This document shows positions 42,301 to 57,300 of a stretch of 64,000 bases of DNA, piece after piece. How positions within the stretch are numbered: the stretch's first letter is position 1; each line of letters starts with the position of its first letter. The position numbers and the translations under genes were made by a program. The notes below the pieces were generated by a model, which was given only the letters and a program-made list of their open reading frames with translations, did no database searches and had not been told where the DNA came from. This stretch comes from Ostrea edulis (taxonomy: Eukaryota). Location of the stretch: NCBI RefSeq assembly GCF_947568905.1, contig NC_079169.1:49724001-49788000 (forward strand), written 5' to 3'.

Positions 42301-45300
42301 GGGATTCAACGGCAAAAACTGTACTGTCGGTGAGTGTGCAAGAACGCAATGCACAAACGGGAACTTTTACTCCTGATGAAATAATCCAATACTTCGTTGT
42401 TGAAATTAGTCATGAAAAAGTTTTAATCATGACTACGAAGTGTGTTGCATTGGTTGATGATATGAATTGTATTACATTATGCACGAAGGAGCACTATTCA
42501 GTGGTAGAAATTGCAGAAAGTTATTGTTTTATTCATGCCTTGCCGATTGTTGTAGATATCGATGAATGTGTTGACCAACCTTGTGAGAACAATGGAACAT
42601 GCGTGGATCTCATCAATGGTTACGAATGTCAATGTGCGTCAGGATTGAATGGAACCAACTGCACGCAAAGTAAGGAGATTGTATATAGTGTATGTATCAG
42701 AAAGGGCACATGTTTTCAAATATGATGCTGGCTATTGACTACCTGTAACGTATTTAACGTATTGAGTACGTATCAAATGTTTGCAAATTCACAAAGCGTT
42801 TCTTTGGGACTAAATTTTAATCTCTTTTAGTTTATTGCATTCGTAAAGCACGTTTGATTTTAAGTTTGTACAAATTATTATTGTAAGGAATGAATCACAA
42901 AAATTCAAGGAGAAAGTAAAATTATTTCATTTTAAGGAAATGGTATATACGTGGACACGTATGTAGTGATAATGGACAAAAACAGTTTTTCCCTCAAAAC
43001 CTGGTACAAATTACACGCTTTTTGAAATGGAAACATCTTGGATTTCTCAACGAAAATTGAAAGTAATCGACACATTCTTGAAGTGGTGTATCTTATTAAA
43101 TTGACAGACAAATTATGCCCTGGTTTACTTTTTTGTTTGATACTTTTGACATTTTTGCCAAGATTTAAAAAGAAACATCACTGTTTCGCTACACTATGAA
43201 ACAGTAGAAAGACCTTGACGACATTTAATCGTCGTAAAATAGTCTTAAAATATACTGACGTCAGTAATTGAAACGCTGTTCTGATGCCTACAGAGTGTAT
43301 TTCATTGGTTGATTTTATGAATGGTGTTACATTATCCACCAAGTATTGGGTCAGAGGAAATGCAGAAAGAATTATTCTATATCTATGCCCTGCGGATTGT
43401 TGCAGATATCGATGACTGTATTGACCAACCATGCGAGAACAATGGAACATGCGTGGATCTCATCAATGGCTACAAATGTCAATGCGTGGCAGGATTTAAT
43501 GGAACCAACTGCACAGAAAGTAAGGAGATTGGGTATCAGAATGGACACACTTTTTGAAATATGATACTGAATATTGACAAAGGGTGTCTTGGTGATTATT
43601 CTTGCTTGGTTTTAATTTTTGGCATCGGTAAATCACGTTTGATTTGAAGTCTGTACAAACTATTATTAATAGGAACACAACAATTTAAAAAGAAAAGATT
43701 ATTTCATTTTAATGAAATCGTATACATGTAAATGTACTGACAACGAATCGAAATAGAGTGTTCCCTCAAAAGATGTTACAAATTGCAGGATTTTTGTTAT
43801 TTCAATGCCTTGGGTTTCTACAAAAATTGAAAATAATGAACACATCATTCAATTCGTGTATCTTTTCATGAAAAAAGATCCTTTCTTTGCTGATATAGAA
43901 TCTATTTCATTTCAGATATAGATGGGTGTGTGGCGGAACCTTGTCAGAACAATGGAACATGCATAGATCAAATTAATACCTACGAATGTCAATGTGTTCC
44001 GGGATTTAATTGGACTCACTGCGAGAATAGTAAGTTTCATCAAAATGCAGTTGAAAATAATTGGCCGAAAACTTGTGTGTTAAGGTGATGTTATTGTTCG
44101 CTATATCCCACAATTTTCTTTGAAATTCAGATATGGATGAATGTGCTGGGGATCCTTGTCAAAACAACGGAACGTGTGTGGACCTTGTAAACAACTACCA
44201 GTGTGATTGTGTCCCTGGTTTTGCAGACACAAACTGTTCAACAAGTAAAGTCTATTTTACCCATCTACATTCAATTTCAATGTCAAATACGCAAGGTTAA
44301 GTGAAGTGTTCGTTGGTGGCGTCGGTGACCTAGTGGTTAGGCTGTCAGACGCGCGACCGAAAGGTCTTGGGTTGGAGTCCTGGCCGTGGCAGGGCCGACG
44401 TTTTGTTCTTGGGAAAGGCACTTTACATGAATTTCCTCACTCCACCCAAGTGTAAAAGGGGTACCTGGCTATAGACAGTGAAAGATAATATTAGAATGTT
44501 ATTGCTCCAGCGCCTTAACGGCACCTTACACTGTATGCTTCCCAGGAAGCTGAGAAATTTCTAGATTGATACAAGGTCTGCCAGGGTAATAATGTATTGT
44601 AAAGCGCTTTGAACAGCTGGAAAAAGCGCTATATAAAACCAATCCTCATTATTATTACTGATATCATTATGCTATTTTGTAATATTCGTAGATATCGATG
44701 AGTGTTCTGACGGACCATGCCAGAATGATGGAACCTGTGTAGACCTCATCAACGATTACCAGTGTGCATGTGTTATGGGATTCAACGGCAAAAACTGTAC
44801 TGTCGGTGAGTGTGCAAGAACGCAATGCACAAACGGGAACTTTTACTCCTGATGAAATAATCCAATACTTCGTTGTTGAAATTAGTCATGAAAAAGTTTT
44901 AATCATGACTACGAAGTGTGTTGCATTGGTTGACGATATGAATTGTATTACATTATGCACGAAGGAGCACTATTCAGTGGTAGAAATTGCAGAAACAGTT
45001 ATTGTTTTATTCATGCCTTGCTGATTGTTGTAGATATCGATGAATGTGTTGACCAACCTTGTGAGAACAATGGAACATGCGTGGATCTCATCAATGGTTA
45101 CGAATGTCAATGTGCGTCAGGATTGAATGGAACCAACTGCACGCAAAGTAAGGAGATTGTATATAGTGTATGCATCAGAAAGGGCACATGTTTTCAAATA
45201 TGATGCTGGCTATTGACTACCTGTAACGTATTTAACGTATTGAGTACGTATCAAATGTTTGCAAATTCACAAAGCGTTTCTTTGGGACTAAATTTTAATC

Positions 45301-48300
45301 TCTTTTAGTTTATTGCATTCGTAAAGCACGTTTGATTTTAAGTTTGTACAAATTATTATTGTAAGGAATGAATCACAAAAATTCAAGGAGAAAGTAAAAT
45401 TATTTCATTTTAAGGAAATGGTATATACGTGGACATGTATGTAGTGATAATGGACAAAAACAGTTTTCCCCTCAAAATCTGGTACAAATTACACGCTTTT
45501 TGAAATGGAAACATCTTGGATTTCTCAACGAAAATTGAAAGTAATCGACACATTCTTGAAGTGGTGTATCTTATTAAATTGACAGACAAATTATGCCCTG
45601 GTTTACTTTTTTGTTTGATACTTTTGACATTTTTGCCAAGATTTAAAAAGAAACATCACTGTTTCGCTACACTATGAAACAGTAGAAAGACCTTGACGAC
45701 ATTTAATCGTCGTAAAATAGTCTTAAAATATACTGACGTCAGTAATTGAAACGCTGTTCTGATGCCTACAGAGTGTATTTCATTGGTTGATTTTATGAAT
45801 GGTGTTACATTATCCACCAAGTATTGGGTCAGAGGAAATGCAGAAAGAATTATTCTATATCTATGCCCTGCGGATTGTTGCAGATATCGATGACTGTATT
45901 GACCAACCATGCGAGAACAATGGAACATGCGTGGATCTCGTCAATGCCTACAAATGTCAATGCGTGGCAGGATTTAATGGAACCAACTGCACAGAAAGTA
46001 AGGAGATTGGGTATCAGAATGGACACACTTTTTGAAATATGATACTGAATATTGACAAAGGGTGTCTTGGTGATTATTCTTGCTTGGTTTTAATTTTTGG
46101 CATTGGTAAATTACGTTTGATTTGAAGTCTGTACAAACTATTATTAATAGGAACACAACAATTTAAAAAGAACATTATTTCATTTTAATGAACTCGTATA
46201 AATGTACTGACAACGGATCGAAATAGAGTGTTCCCTCAAAAGATGTTACAAATTGCAGGATTTTTGTTATTTCAATGCCTTGGGTTTCTACAAAAATTGA
46301 AAATAATGAACACATCATTCAATTCGTGTATCTTTTCATGAAAAAAGATCCTTTCTTTGCTGATATAGAATCTATTTCATTTCAGATATAGATGGGTGTG
46401 TGGCGGAACCTTGTCAGAACAATGGAACATGCATAGATCAAATTAATACCTACGAATGTCAATGTGTTCCGGGATTTAATTGGACTCACTGCGAGAATAG
46501 TAAGTTTCATCAAAATGCAGTTGAAAATGATTGGCCGAAAACTTGTGTGTTAAGGTGATGTTATTGTACGCTATATCCCACAATTTTCTTTGAAATTCAG
46601 ATATGGATGAATGTGCTGGGGATCCTTGTCAAAACAACGGAACGTGTGTGGACCTTGTAAACAACTACCAGTGTGATTGTGTCCCTGGTTTTGCAGACAC
46701 AAACTGTTCAACAAGTAAAGTCTATTTTAGCCATCTACATTCAATTTCAATGTCAAATACGCAAGGTTAAGTGAAGTGTTCGTTGGTGGCGTCGGTGACC
46801 TAGTGGTTAGGCTGTCAGACGCGCGACCGAAAGGTCTTGGGTTGGAGTCCTGGCCGTGGCAGGGCCGACGTTTTGTTCTTGGGAAAGGCACTTTACATGA
46901 ATTTCCTCACTCCACCCAAGTGTAAAAGGGGTACCTGGCTATAGACAGTGAAAGATAATGTTAGAATGTTATTGCTCCAGCGCCTTAACGGCACCTTACA
47001 CTGTATGCTTCCCAGGAAGCTGAGAAATTTCTAGATTGATATAAGGTCTGCCAGGGTAATAATGTATTGTAAAGCGCTTTGAACAGCTGGAAAAAGCGCT
47101 ATATAAAACCAATCCTCATTATTATTATTAATATCATTATGCTATTTTGTAATATTCGTAGATATCGATGAGTGTTCTGACGGACCATGCCAGAATGATG
47201 GAACCTGTGTAGACCTCATCAACGATTACCAGTGTGCATGTGTTATGGGATTCAACGGCAAAAACTGTACTGTCGGTGAGTGTGCAAGAACGCAATGCAC
47301 AAACGGGAACTTTTACTCCTGATGAAATAATCCAATACTTCGTTGTTGAAATTAGTCATGAAAAAGTTTTAATCATGACTACGAAGTGTGTTGCATTGGT
47401 TGATGATATGAATTGTATTACATTATGCACGAAGGAGCACTATTCAGTGGTAGAAATTGCAGAAACAGTTATTGTTTTATTCATGCCTTGCCGATTGTTG
47501 TAGATATCGATGAATGTGTTGACCAACCTTGTGAGAACAATGGAACATGCGTGGATCTCATCAATGGTTACGAATGTCAATGTGCGTCAGGATTGAATGG
47601 AACCAACTGCACGCAAAGTAAGGAGATTGTATATAGTGTATGCATCAGAAAGGGCACATGTTTTCAAATATGATGCTGGCTATTGACTACCTGTAACGTA
47701 TTTAACGTATTGAGTACGTATCAAATGTTTGCAAATTCACAAAGCGTTTCTTTGGGACTAAATTTTAATCTCTTTTAGTTTATTGCATTCGTAAAGCACG
47801 TTTGATTTTAAGTTTGTACAAATTATTATTGTAAGGAATGAATCACAAAAATTCAAGGAGAAAGTAAAATTATTTCATTTTAAGGAAATGGTATATACGT
47901 GGACATGTATGTAGTGATAATGGACAAAAACAGTTTTTCCCTCAAAATCTGGTACAAATTACACGCTTTTTGAAATGGAAACATCTTGGATTTCTCAACG
48001 AAAATTGAAAGTAATCGACACATTCTTGAAGTGGTGTATCTTATTAAATTGACAGACAAATTATGCCCTGGTTTACTTTTTTGTTTGATACTTTTGACAT
48101 TTTTGCCAAGATTTAAAAAGAAACATCACTGTTTCGCTACACTATGAAACAGTAGAAAGACCTTGACGACATTTAATCGTCGTAAAATAGTCTTAAAATA
48201 TACTGACGTCAGTAATTGAAACGCTGTTCTGATGCCTACAGAGTGTATTTCATTGGTGGATTTTATGAATGGTGTTACATTATCCACCAAGTATTGGGTC

Positions 48301-51300
48301 AGAGGAAATGCAGAAAGAATTATTCTATATCTATGCCTTGCGCATTGTTGCAGATATCGATGACTGTATTGACCAACCATGCGAGAACAATGGAACATGC
48401 GTGGATCTCGTCAATGGCTACAAATGTCAATGCGTGGCAGGATTTAATGGAACCAACTGCACAGAAAGTAAGGAGATTGGGTATCAGAATGGACACACTT
48501 TTTGAAATATGATACTGAATATTGACAAAGGGTGTCTTGGTGATTATTCTTGCTTGGTTTTAATTTTTGGCATCGGTAAATCACGTTTGATTTGAAGTCT
48601 GTACAAACTATTATTAATAGGAACACAACAATTTAAAAAGAAAAGAACATTATTTCATTTTAATGAAATCGTATACATGTAAATGTACTGACAACGGATC
48701 GAAATAGAGTGTTCCCTCAAAAGATGTTACAAATTGCAGGATTTTTGTTATTTCAATGCCTTGGGTTTCTACAAAAATTGAAAATAATGAACACATCATT
48801 CAATTCGTGTATCTTTTCATGAAAAAAGATCCTTTCTTTGCTGATATAGAATCTATTTCATTTCAGATATAGATGGGTGTGTGGCGGAACCTTGTCAGAA
48901 CAATGGAACATGCATAGATCAAATTAATACCTACGAATGTCAATGTGTTCCGGGATTTAATTGGACTCACTGCGAGAATAGTAAGTTTCATCAAAATGCA
49001 GTTGAAAATGATTGGCCGAAAACTTGTGTGTTAAGGTGATGTTATTGTACGCTATATCCCACAATTTTCTTTGAAATTCAGATATGGATGAATGTGCTGG
49101 GGATCCTTGTCAAAACAACGGAACGTGTGTGGACCTTGTAAACAACTACCAGTGTGATTGTGTCCCTGGTTTTGCAGACACAAACTGTTCAACAAGTAAA
49201 GTCTATTTTACCCATCTACATTCAATTTCAATGTCAAATACGCAAGGTTAAGTGAAGTGTTCGTTGGTGGCGTCGGTGACCTAGTGGTTAGGCTGTCAGA
49301 CGCGCGACCGAAAGGTCTTGGGTTGGAGTCCTGGCCGTGGCAGGGCCGACGTTTTGTTCTTGGGAAAGGCACTTTACATGAATTTCCTCACTCCACCCAA
49401 GTGTAAAAGGGGTACCTGGCTATAGACAGTGAAAGATAATGTTAGAATGTTATTGCTCCAGCGCCTTAACGGCACCTTACACTGTATGCTTCCCAGGAAG
49501 CTGAGAAATTTCTAGATTGATACAAGGTCTGCCAGGGTAATAATGTATTGTAAAGCGCTTTGAACAGCTGGAAAAAGCGCTATATAAAACCAATCCTCAT
49601 TATCATTATTGATATCATTATGCTATTTTGTAATATTCGTAGATATCGATGAGTGTTCTGACGGACCATGCCAGAATGATGGAACCTGTGTAGACCTCAT
49701 CAACGATTACCAGTGTGCATGTGTTATGGGATTCAACGGCAAAAACTGTACTGTCGGTGAGTGTGCAAGAACGCAATGCACAAACGGGAACTTTTACTCC
49801 TGATGAAATAATCCAATACTTCGTTGTTGAAATTAGTCATGAAAAAGTTTTAATCATGACTACGAAGTGTGTTGCATTGGTTGATGATATGAATTGTATT
49901 ACATTATGCACGAAGGAGCACTATTCAGTGGTAGAAATTGCAGAAACAGTTATTGTTTTATTCATGCCTTGCTGATTGTTGTAGATATCGATGAATGTGT
50001 TGACCAACCTTGTGAGAACAATGGAACATGCGTGGATCTCATCAATGGTTACGAATGTCAATGTGCGTCAGGATTGAATGGAACCAACTGCACGCAAAGT
50101 AAGGAGATTGTATATAGTGTATGCATCAGAAAGGGCACATGGTTTCAAATATGATGCTGGCTATTGACTACCTGTAACGTATTTAACGTATTGAGTACGT
50201 ATCAAATGTTTGCAAATTCACAAAGCGTTTCTTTGGGACTAAATTTTAATCTCTTTTAGTTTATTGCATTCGTAAAGCACGTTTGATTTTAAGTTTGTAC
50301 AAATTATTATTGTAAGGAATGAATCACAAAAATTCAAGGAGAAAGTAAAATTATTTCATTTTAAGGAAATGGTATATACGTGGACATGTATGTAGTGATA
50401 ATGGACAAAAACAGTTTTCCCCTCAAAATCTGGTACAAATTACACGCTTTTTGAAATGGAAACATCTTGGATTTCTCAACGAAAATTGAAAGTAATCGAC
50501 ACATTCTTGAAGTGGTGTATCTTATTAAATTGACAGACAAATTATGCCCTGGTTTACTTTTTTGTTTGATACTTTTGACATTTTTGCCAAGATTTAAAAA
50601 GAAACATCACTGTTTCGCTACACTATGAAACAGTAGAAAGACCTTGACGACATTTAATCGTCGTAAAATAGTCTTAAAATATACTGACGTCAGTAATTGA
50701 AACGCTGTTCTGATGCCTACAGAGTGTATTTCATTGGTTGATTTTATGAATGGTGTTACATTATCCACCAAGTATTGGGTCAGAGGAAATGCAGAAAGAA
50801 TTATTCTATATCTATGCCCTGCGCATTGTTGCAGATATCGATGACTGTATTGACCAACCATGCGAGAACAATGGAACATGCGTGGATCTCATCAATGGCT
50901 ACAAATGTCAATGCGTGGCAGGATTTAATGGAACCAACTGCACAGAAAGTAAGGAGATTGGGTATCAGAATGGACACACTTTTTGAAATATGATACTGAA
51001 TATTGACAAAGGGTTTCTTGGTGATTATTCTTGCTTGGTTTTAATTTTTGGCATTGGTAAATCACGTTTGATTTGAAGTCTGTACAAACTATTATTAATA
51101 GGAACACAACAATTTAAAAAGAAAAGAACATTATTTCATTTTAATGAAATCGTATAAATGTACTGACAACGGATCGAAATAGAGTGTTCCCTCAAAAGAT
51201 GTTACAAATTGCAGGATTTTTGTTATTTCAATGCCTTGGGTTTCTACAAAAATTGAAAATAATGAACACATCATTCAATTCGTGTATCTTTTCATGAAAA

Positions 51301-54300
51301 AAGATCCTTTCTTTGCTGATATAGAATCTATTTCATTTCAGATATAGATGGGTGTGTGGCGGAACCTTGTCAGAACAATGGAACATGCATAGATCAAATT
51401 AATACCTACGAATGTCAATGTGTTCCGGGATTTAATTGGACTCACTGCGAGAATAGTAAGTTTCATCAAAATGCAGTTGAAAATGATTGGCCGAAAACTT
51501 GTGTGTTAAGGTGATGTTATTGTACGCTATATCCCACAATTTTCTTTGAAATTCAGATATGGATGAATGTGCTGGGGATCCTTGTCAAAACAACGGAACG
51601 TGTGTGGACCTTGTAAACAACTACCAGTGTGATTGTGTCCCTGGTTTTGCAGACACAAACTGTTCAACAAGTAAAGTCTATTTTACCCATCTACATTCAA
51701 TTTCAATGTCAAATACGCAAGGTTAAGTGAAGTGTTCGTTGGTGGCGTCGGTGACCTAGTGGTTAGGCTGTCAGACGCGCGACCGAAAGGTCTTGGGTTG
51801 GAGTCCTGGCCGTGGCAGGGCCGACGTTTTGTTCTTGGGAAAGGCACTTTACATGAATTTCCTCACTCCACCCAAGTGTAAAAGGGGTACCTGGCTATAG
51901 ACAGTGAAAGATAATGTTAGAATGTTATTGCTCCAGCGCCTTAACGGCACCTTACACTGTATGCTTCCCAGGAAGCTGAGAAATTTCTAGATTGATACAA
52001 GGTCTGCCAGGGTAATAATGTATTGTAAAGCGCTTTGAACAGCTGGAAAAAGCGCTATATAAAACCAATCCTCATTATCATTATTGATATCATTATGCTA
52101 TTTTGTAATATTCGTAGATATCGATGAGTGTTCTGACGGACCATGCCAGAATGATGGAACCTGTGTAGACCTCATCAACGATTACCAGTGTGCATGTGTT
52201 ATGGGATTCAACGGCAAAAACTGTACTGTCGGTGAGTGTGCAAGAACGCAATGCACAAACGGGAACTTTTACTCCTGATGAAATAATCCAATACTTCGTT
52301 GTTGAAATTAGTCATGAAAAAGTTTTAATCATGACTACGAAGTGTGTTGCATTGGTTGATGATATGAATTGTATTACATTATGCACGAAGGAGCACTATT
52401 CAGTGGTAGAAATTGCAGAAACAGTTATTGTTTTATTCATGCCTTGCTGATTGTTGTAGATATCGATGAATGTGTTGACCAACCTTGTGAGAACAATGGA
52501 ACATGCGTGGATCTCATCAATGGTTACGAATGTCAATGTGCGTCAGGATTGAATGGAACCAACTGCACGCAAAGTAAGGAGATTGTATATAGTGTATGCA
52601 TCAGAAAGGGCACATGGTTTCAAATATGATGCTGGCTATTGACTACCTGTAACGTATTTAACGTATTGAGTACGTATCAAATGTTTGCAAATTCACAAAG
52701 CGTTTCTTTGGGACTAAATTTTAATCTCTTTTAGTTTATTGCATTCGTAAAGCACGTTTGATTTTAAGTTTGTACAAATTATTATTGTAAGGAATGAATC
52801 ACAAAAATTCAAGGAGAAAGTAAAATTATTTCATTTTAAGGAAATGGTATATACGTGGACATGTATGTAGTGATAATGGACAAAAACAGTTTTCCCCTCA
52901 AAATCTGGTACAAATTACACGCTTTTTGAAATGGAAACATCTTGGATTTCTCAACGAAAATTGAAAGTAATCGACACATTCTTGAAGTGGTGTATCTTAT
53001 TAAATTGACAGACAAATTATGCCCTGGTTTACTTTTTTGTTTGATACTTTTGACATTTTTGCCAAGATTTAAAAAGAAACATCACTGTTTCGCTACACTA
53101 TGAAACAGTAGAAAGACCTTGACGACATTTAATCGTCGTAAAATAGTCTTAAAATATACTGACGTCAGTAATTGAAACGCTGTTCTAATGCCTACAGAGT
53201 GTATTTCATTGGTTGATTTTATGAATGGTGTTACATTATCCACCAAGTATTGGGTCAGAGGAAATGCAGAAAGAATTATTCTATATCTATGCCCTGCGCA
53301 TTGTTGCAGATATCGATGACTGTATTGACCAACCATGCGAGAACAATGGAACATGCGTGGATCTCATCAATGGCTACAAATGTCAATGCGTGGCAGGATT
53401 TAATGGAACCAACTGCACAGAAAGTAAGGAGATTGGGTATCAGAATGGACACACTTTTTGAAATATGATACTGAATATTGACAAAGGGTTTCTTGGTGAT
53501 TATTCTTGCTTGGTTTTAATTTTTGGCATTGGTAAATCACGTTTGATTTGAAGTCTGTACAAACTATTATTAATAGGAACACAACAATTTAAAAAGAAAA
53601 GAACATTATTTCATTTTAATGAAATCGTATAAATGTACTGACAACGGATCGAAATAGAGTGTTCCCTCAAAAGATGTTACAAATTGCAGGATTTTTGTTA
53701 TTTCAATGCCTTGGGTTTCTACAAAAATTGAAAATAATGAACACATCATTCAATTCGTGTATCTTTTCATGAAAAAAGATCCTTTCTTTGCTGATATAGA
53801 ATCTATTTCATTTCAGATATAGATGGGTGTGTGGCGGAACCTTGTCAGAACAATGGAACATGCATAGATCAAATTAATACCTACGAATGTCAATGTGTTC
53901 CGGGATTTAATTGGACTCACTGCGAGAATAGTAAGTTTCATCAAAATGCAGTTGAAAATAATTGGCCGAAAACTTGTGTGTTAAGGTGATGTTATTGTAC
54001 GCTATATCCCACAATTTTCTTTGAAATTCAGATATGGATGAATGTGCTGGGGATCCTTGTCAAAACAACGGAACGTGTGTGGACCTTGTAAACAACTACC
54101 AGTGTGATTGTGTCCCTGGTTTTGCAGACACAAACTGTTCAACAAGTAAAGTCTATTTTACCCATCTACATTCAATTTCAATGTCAAATACGCAAGGTTA
54201 AGTGAAGTGTTCGTTGGTGGCGTCGGTGACCTAGTGGTTAGGCTGTCAGACGCGCGACCGAAAGGTCTTGGGTTGGAGTCCTGGCCGTGGCAGGGCCGAC

Positions 54301-57300
54301 GTTTTGTTCTTGGGAAAGGCACTTTACATGAATTTCCTCACTCCACCCAAGTGTAAAAGGGGTACCTGGCTATAGACAGTGAAAGATAATATTAGAATGT
54401 TATTGCTCCAGCGCCTTAACGGCACCTTACACTGTATGCTTCCCAGGAAGCTGAAAAATTTCTAGATTGATACAAGGTCTGCCAGGGTAATAATGTATTG
54501 TAAAGCGCTTTGAACAGCTGGAAAAAGCGCTATATAAAACCAATCCTCATTATTATTACTGATATCATTATGCTATTTTGTAATATTCGTAGATATCGAT
54601 GAGTGTTCTGACGGACCATGCCAGAATGATGGAACCTGTGTAGACCTCATCAACGATTACCAGTGTGCATGTGTTATGGGATTCAACGGCAAAAACTGTA
54701 CTGTCGGTGAGTGTGCAAGAACGCAATGCACAAACGGGAACTTTTACTCTTGATGAAATAATCCAATACTTCGTTGTTGAAATTAGTCATGAAAAAGTTT
54801 TAATCATGACTACGAAGTGTGTTGCATTGGTTGACGATATGAATTGTATTACATTATGCACGAAGGAGCACTATTCAGTGGTAGAAATTGCAGAAACAGT
54901 TATTGTTTTATTCATGCCTTGCTGATTGTTGTAGATATCGATGAATGTGTTGACCAACCTTGTGAGAACAATGGAACATGCGTGGATCTCATCAATGGTT
55001 ACGAATGTCAATGTGCGTCAGGATTGAATGGAACCAACTGCACGCAAAGTAAGGAGATTGTATATAGTGTATACATCAGAAAGGGCACATGTTTTCAAAT
55101 ATGATGCTGGCTATTGACTACCTGTAACGTATTTAACGTATTGAGTACGTATCAAATGTTTGCAAATTCACAAAGCGTTTCTTTGGGACTAAATTTTAAT
55201 CTCTTTTAGTTTATTGCATTCGTAAAGCACGTTTGATTTTAAGTTTGTACAAATTATTATTGTAAGGAATGAATCACAAAAATTCAAGGAGAAAGTAAAA
55301 TTATTTCATTTTAAGGAAATGGTATATACGTGGACATGTATGTAGTGATAATGGACAAAAACAGTTTTCCCCTCAAAATCTGGTACAAATTACACGCTTT
55401 TTGAAATGGAAACATCTTGGATTTCTCAACGAAAATTGAAAGTAATCGACACATTCTTGAAGTGGTGTATCTTATTAAATTGACAGACAAATTATGCCCT
55501 GGTTTACTTTTTTGTTTGATACTTTTGACATTTTTGCCAAGATTTAAAAAGAAACATCACTGTTTCGCTACACTATGAAACAGTAGAAAGACCTTGACGA
55601 CATTTAATCGTCGTAAAATAGTCTTAAAATATACTGACGTCAGTAATTGAAACGCTGTTCTGATGCCTACAGAGTGTATTTCATTGGTGGATTTTATGAA
55701 TGGTGTTACATTATCCACCAAGTATTGGGTCAGAGGAAATGCAGAAAGAATTATTCTATATCTATGCCTTGCGCATTGTTGCAGATATCGATGACTGTAT
55801 TGACCAACCATGCGAGAACAATGGAACATGCGTGGATCTCGTCAATGGCTACAAATGTCAATGCGTGGCAGGATTTAATGGAACCAACTGCACAGAAAGT
55901 AAGGAGATTGGGTATCAGAATGGACACACTTTTTGAAATATGATACTGAATATTGACAAAGGGTGTCTTGGTGATTATTCTTGCTTGGTTTTAATTTTTG
56001 GCATCGGTAAATCACGTTTGATTTGAAGTCTGTACAAACTATTATTAATAGGAACACAACAATTTAAAAAGAAAAGAACATTATTTCATTTTAATGAAAT
56101 CGTATACATGTAAATGTACTGACAACGGATCGAAATAGAGTGTTCCCTCAAAAGATGTTACAAATTGCAGGATTTTTGTTATTTCAATGCCTTGGGTTTC
56201 TACAAAAATTGAAAATAATGAACACATCATTCAATTCGTGTATCTTTTCATGAAAAAAGATCCTTTCTTTGCTGATATAGAATCTATTTCATTTCAGATA
56301 TAGATGGGTGTGTGGCGGAACCTTGTCAGAACAATGGAACATGCATAGATCAAATTAATACCTACGAATGTCAATGTGTTCCGGGATTTAATTGGACTCA
56401 CTGCGAGAATAGTAAGTTTCATCAAAATGCAGTTGAAAATAATTGGCCGAAAACTTGTGTGTTAAGGTGATGTTATTGTACGCTATATCCCACAATTTTC
56501 TTTGAAATTCAGATATGGATGAATGTGCTGGGGATCCTTGTCAAAACAACGGAACGTGTGTGGACCTTGTAAACAACTACCAGTGTGATTGTGTCCCTGG
56601 TTTTGCAGACACAAACTGTTCAACAAGTAAAGTCTATTTTACCCATCTACATTCAATTTCAATGTCAAATACGCAAGGTTAAGTGAAGTGTTCGTTGGTG
56701 GCGTCGGTGACCTAGTGGTTAGGCTGTCAGACGCGCGACCGAAAGGTCTTGGGTTGGAGTCCTGGCCGTGGCAGGGCCGACGTTTTGTTCTTGGGAAAGG
56801 CACTTTACATGAATTTCCTCACTCCACCCAAGTGTAAAAGGGGTACCTGGCTATAGACAGTGAAAGATAATATTAGAATGTTATTGCTCCAGCGCCTTAA
56901 CGGCACCTTACACTGTATGCTTCCCAGGAAGCTGAAAAATTTCTAGATTGATACAAGGTCTGCCAGGGTAATAATGTATTGTAAAGCGCTTTGAACAGCT
57001 GGAAAAAGCGCTATATAAAACCAATCCTCATTATTATTACTGATATCATTATGCTATTTTGTAATATTCGTAGATATCGATGAGTGTTCTGACGGACCAT
57101 GCCAGAATGATGGAACCTGTGTAGACCTCATCAACGATTACCAGTGTGCATGTGTTATGGGATTCAACGGCAAAAACTGTACTGTCGGTGAGTGTGCAAG
57201 AACGCAATGCACAAACGGGAACTTTTACTCTTGATGAAATAATCCAATACTTCGTTGTTGAAATTAGTCATGAAAAAGTTTTAATCATGACTACGAAGTG

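Noticed and set aside
42288-42725. Longer 145-aa ORF unique to unit 18
   Set aside because: It results from a 2-nt intronic deletion that fuses two spurious frames. Exons A and B and their splice sites are unchanged.
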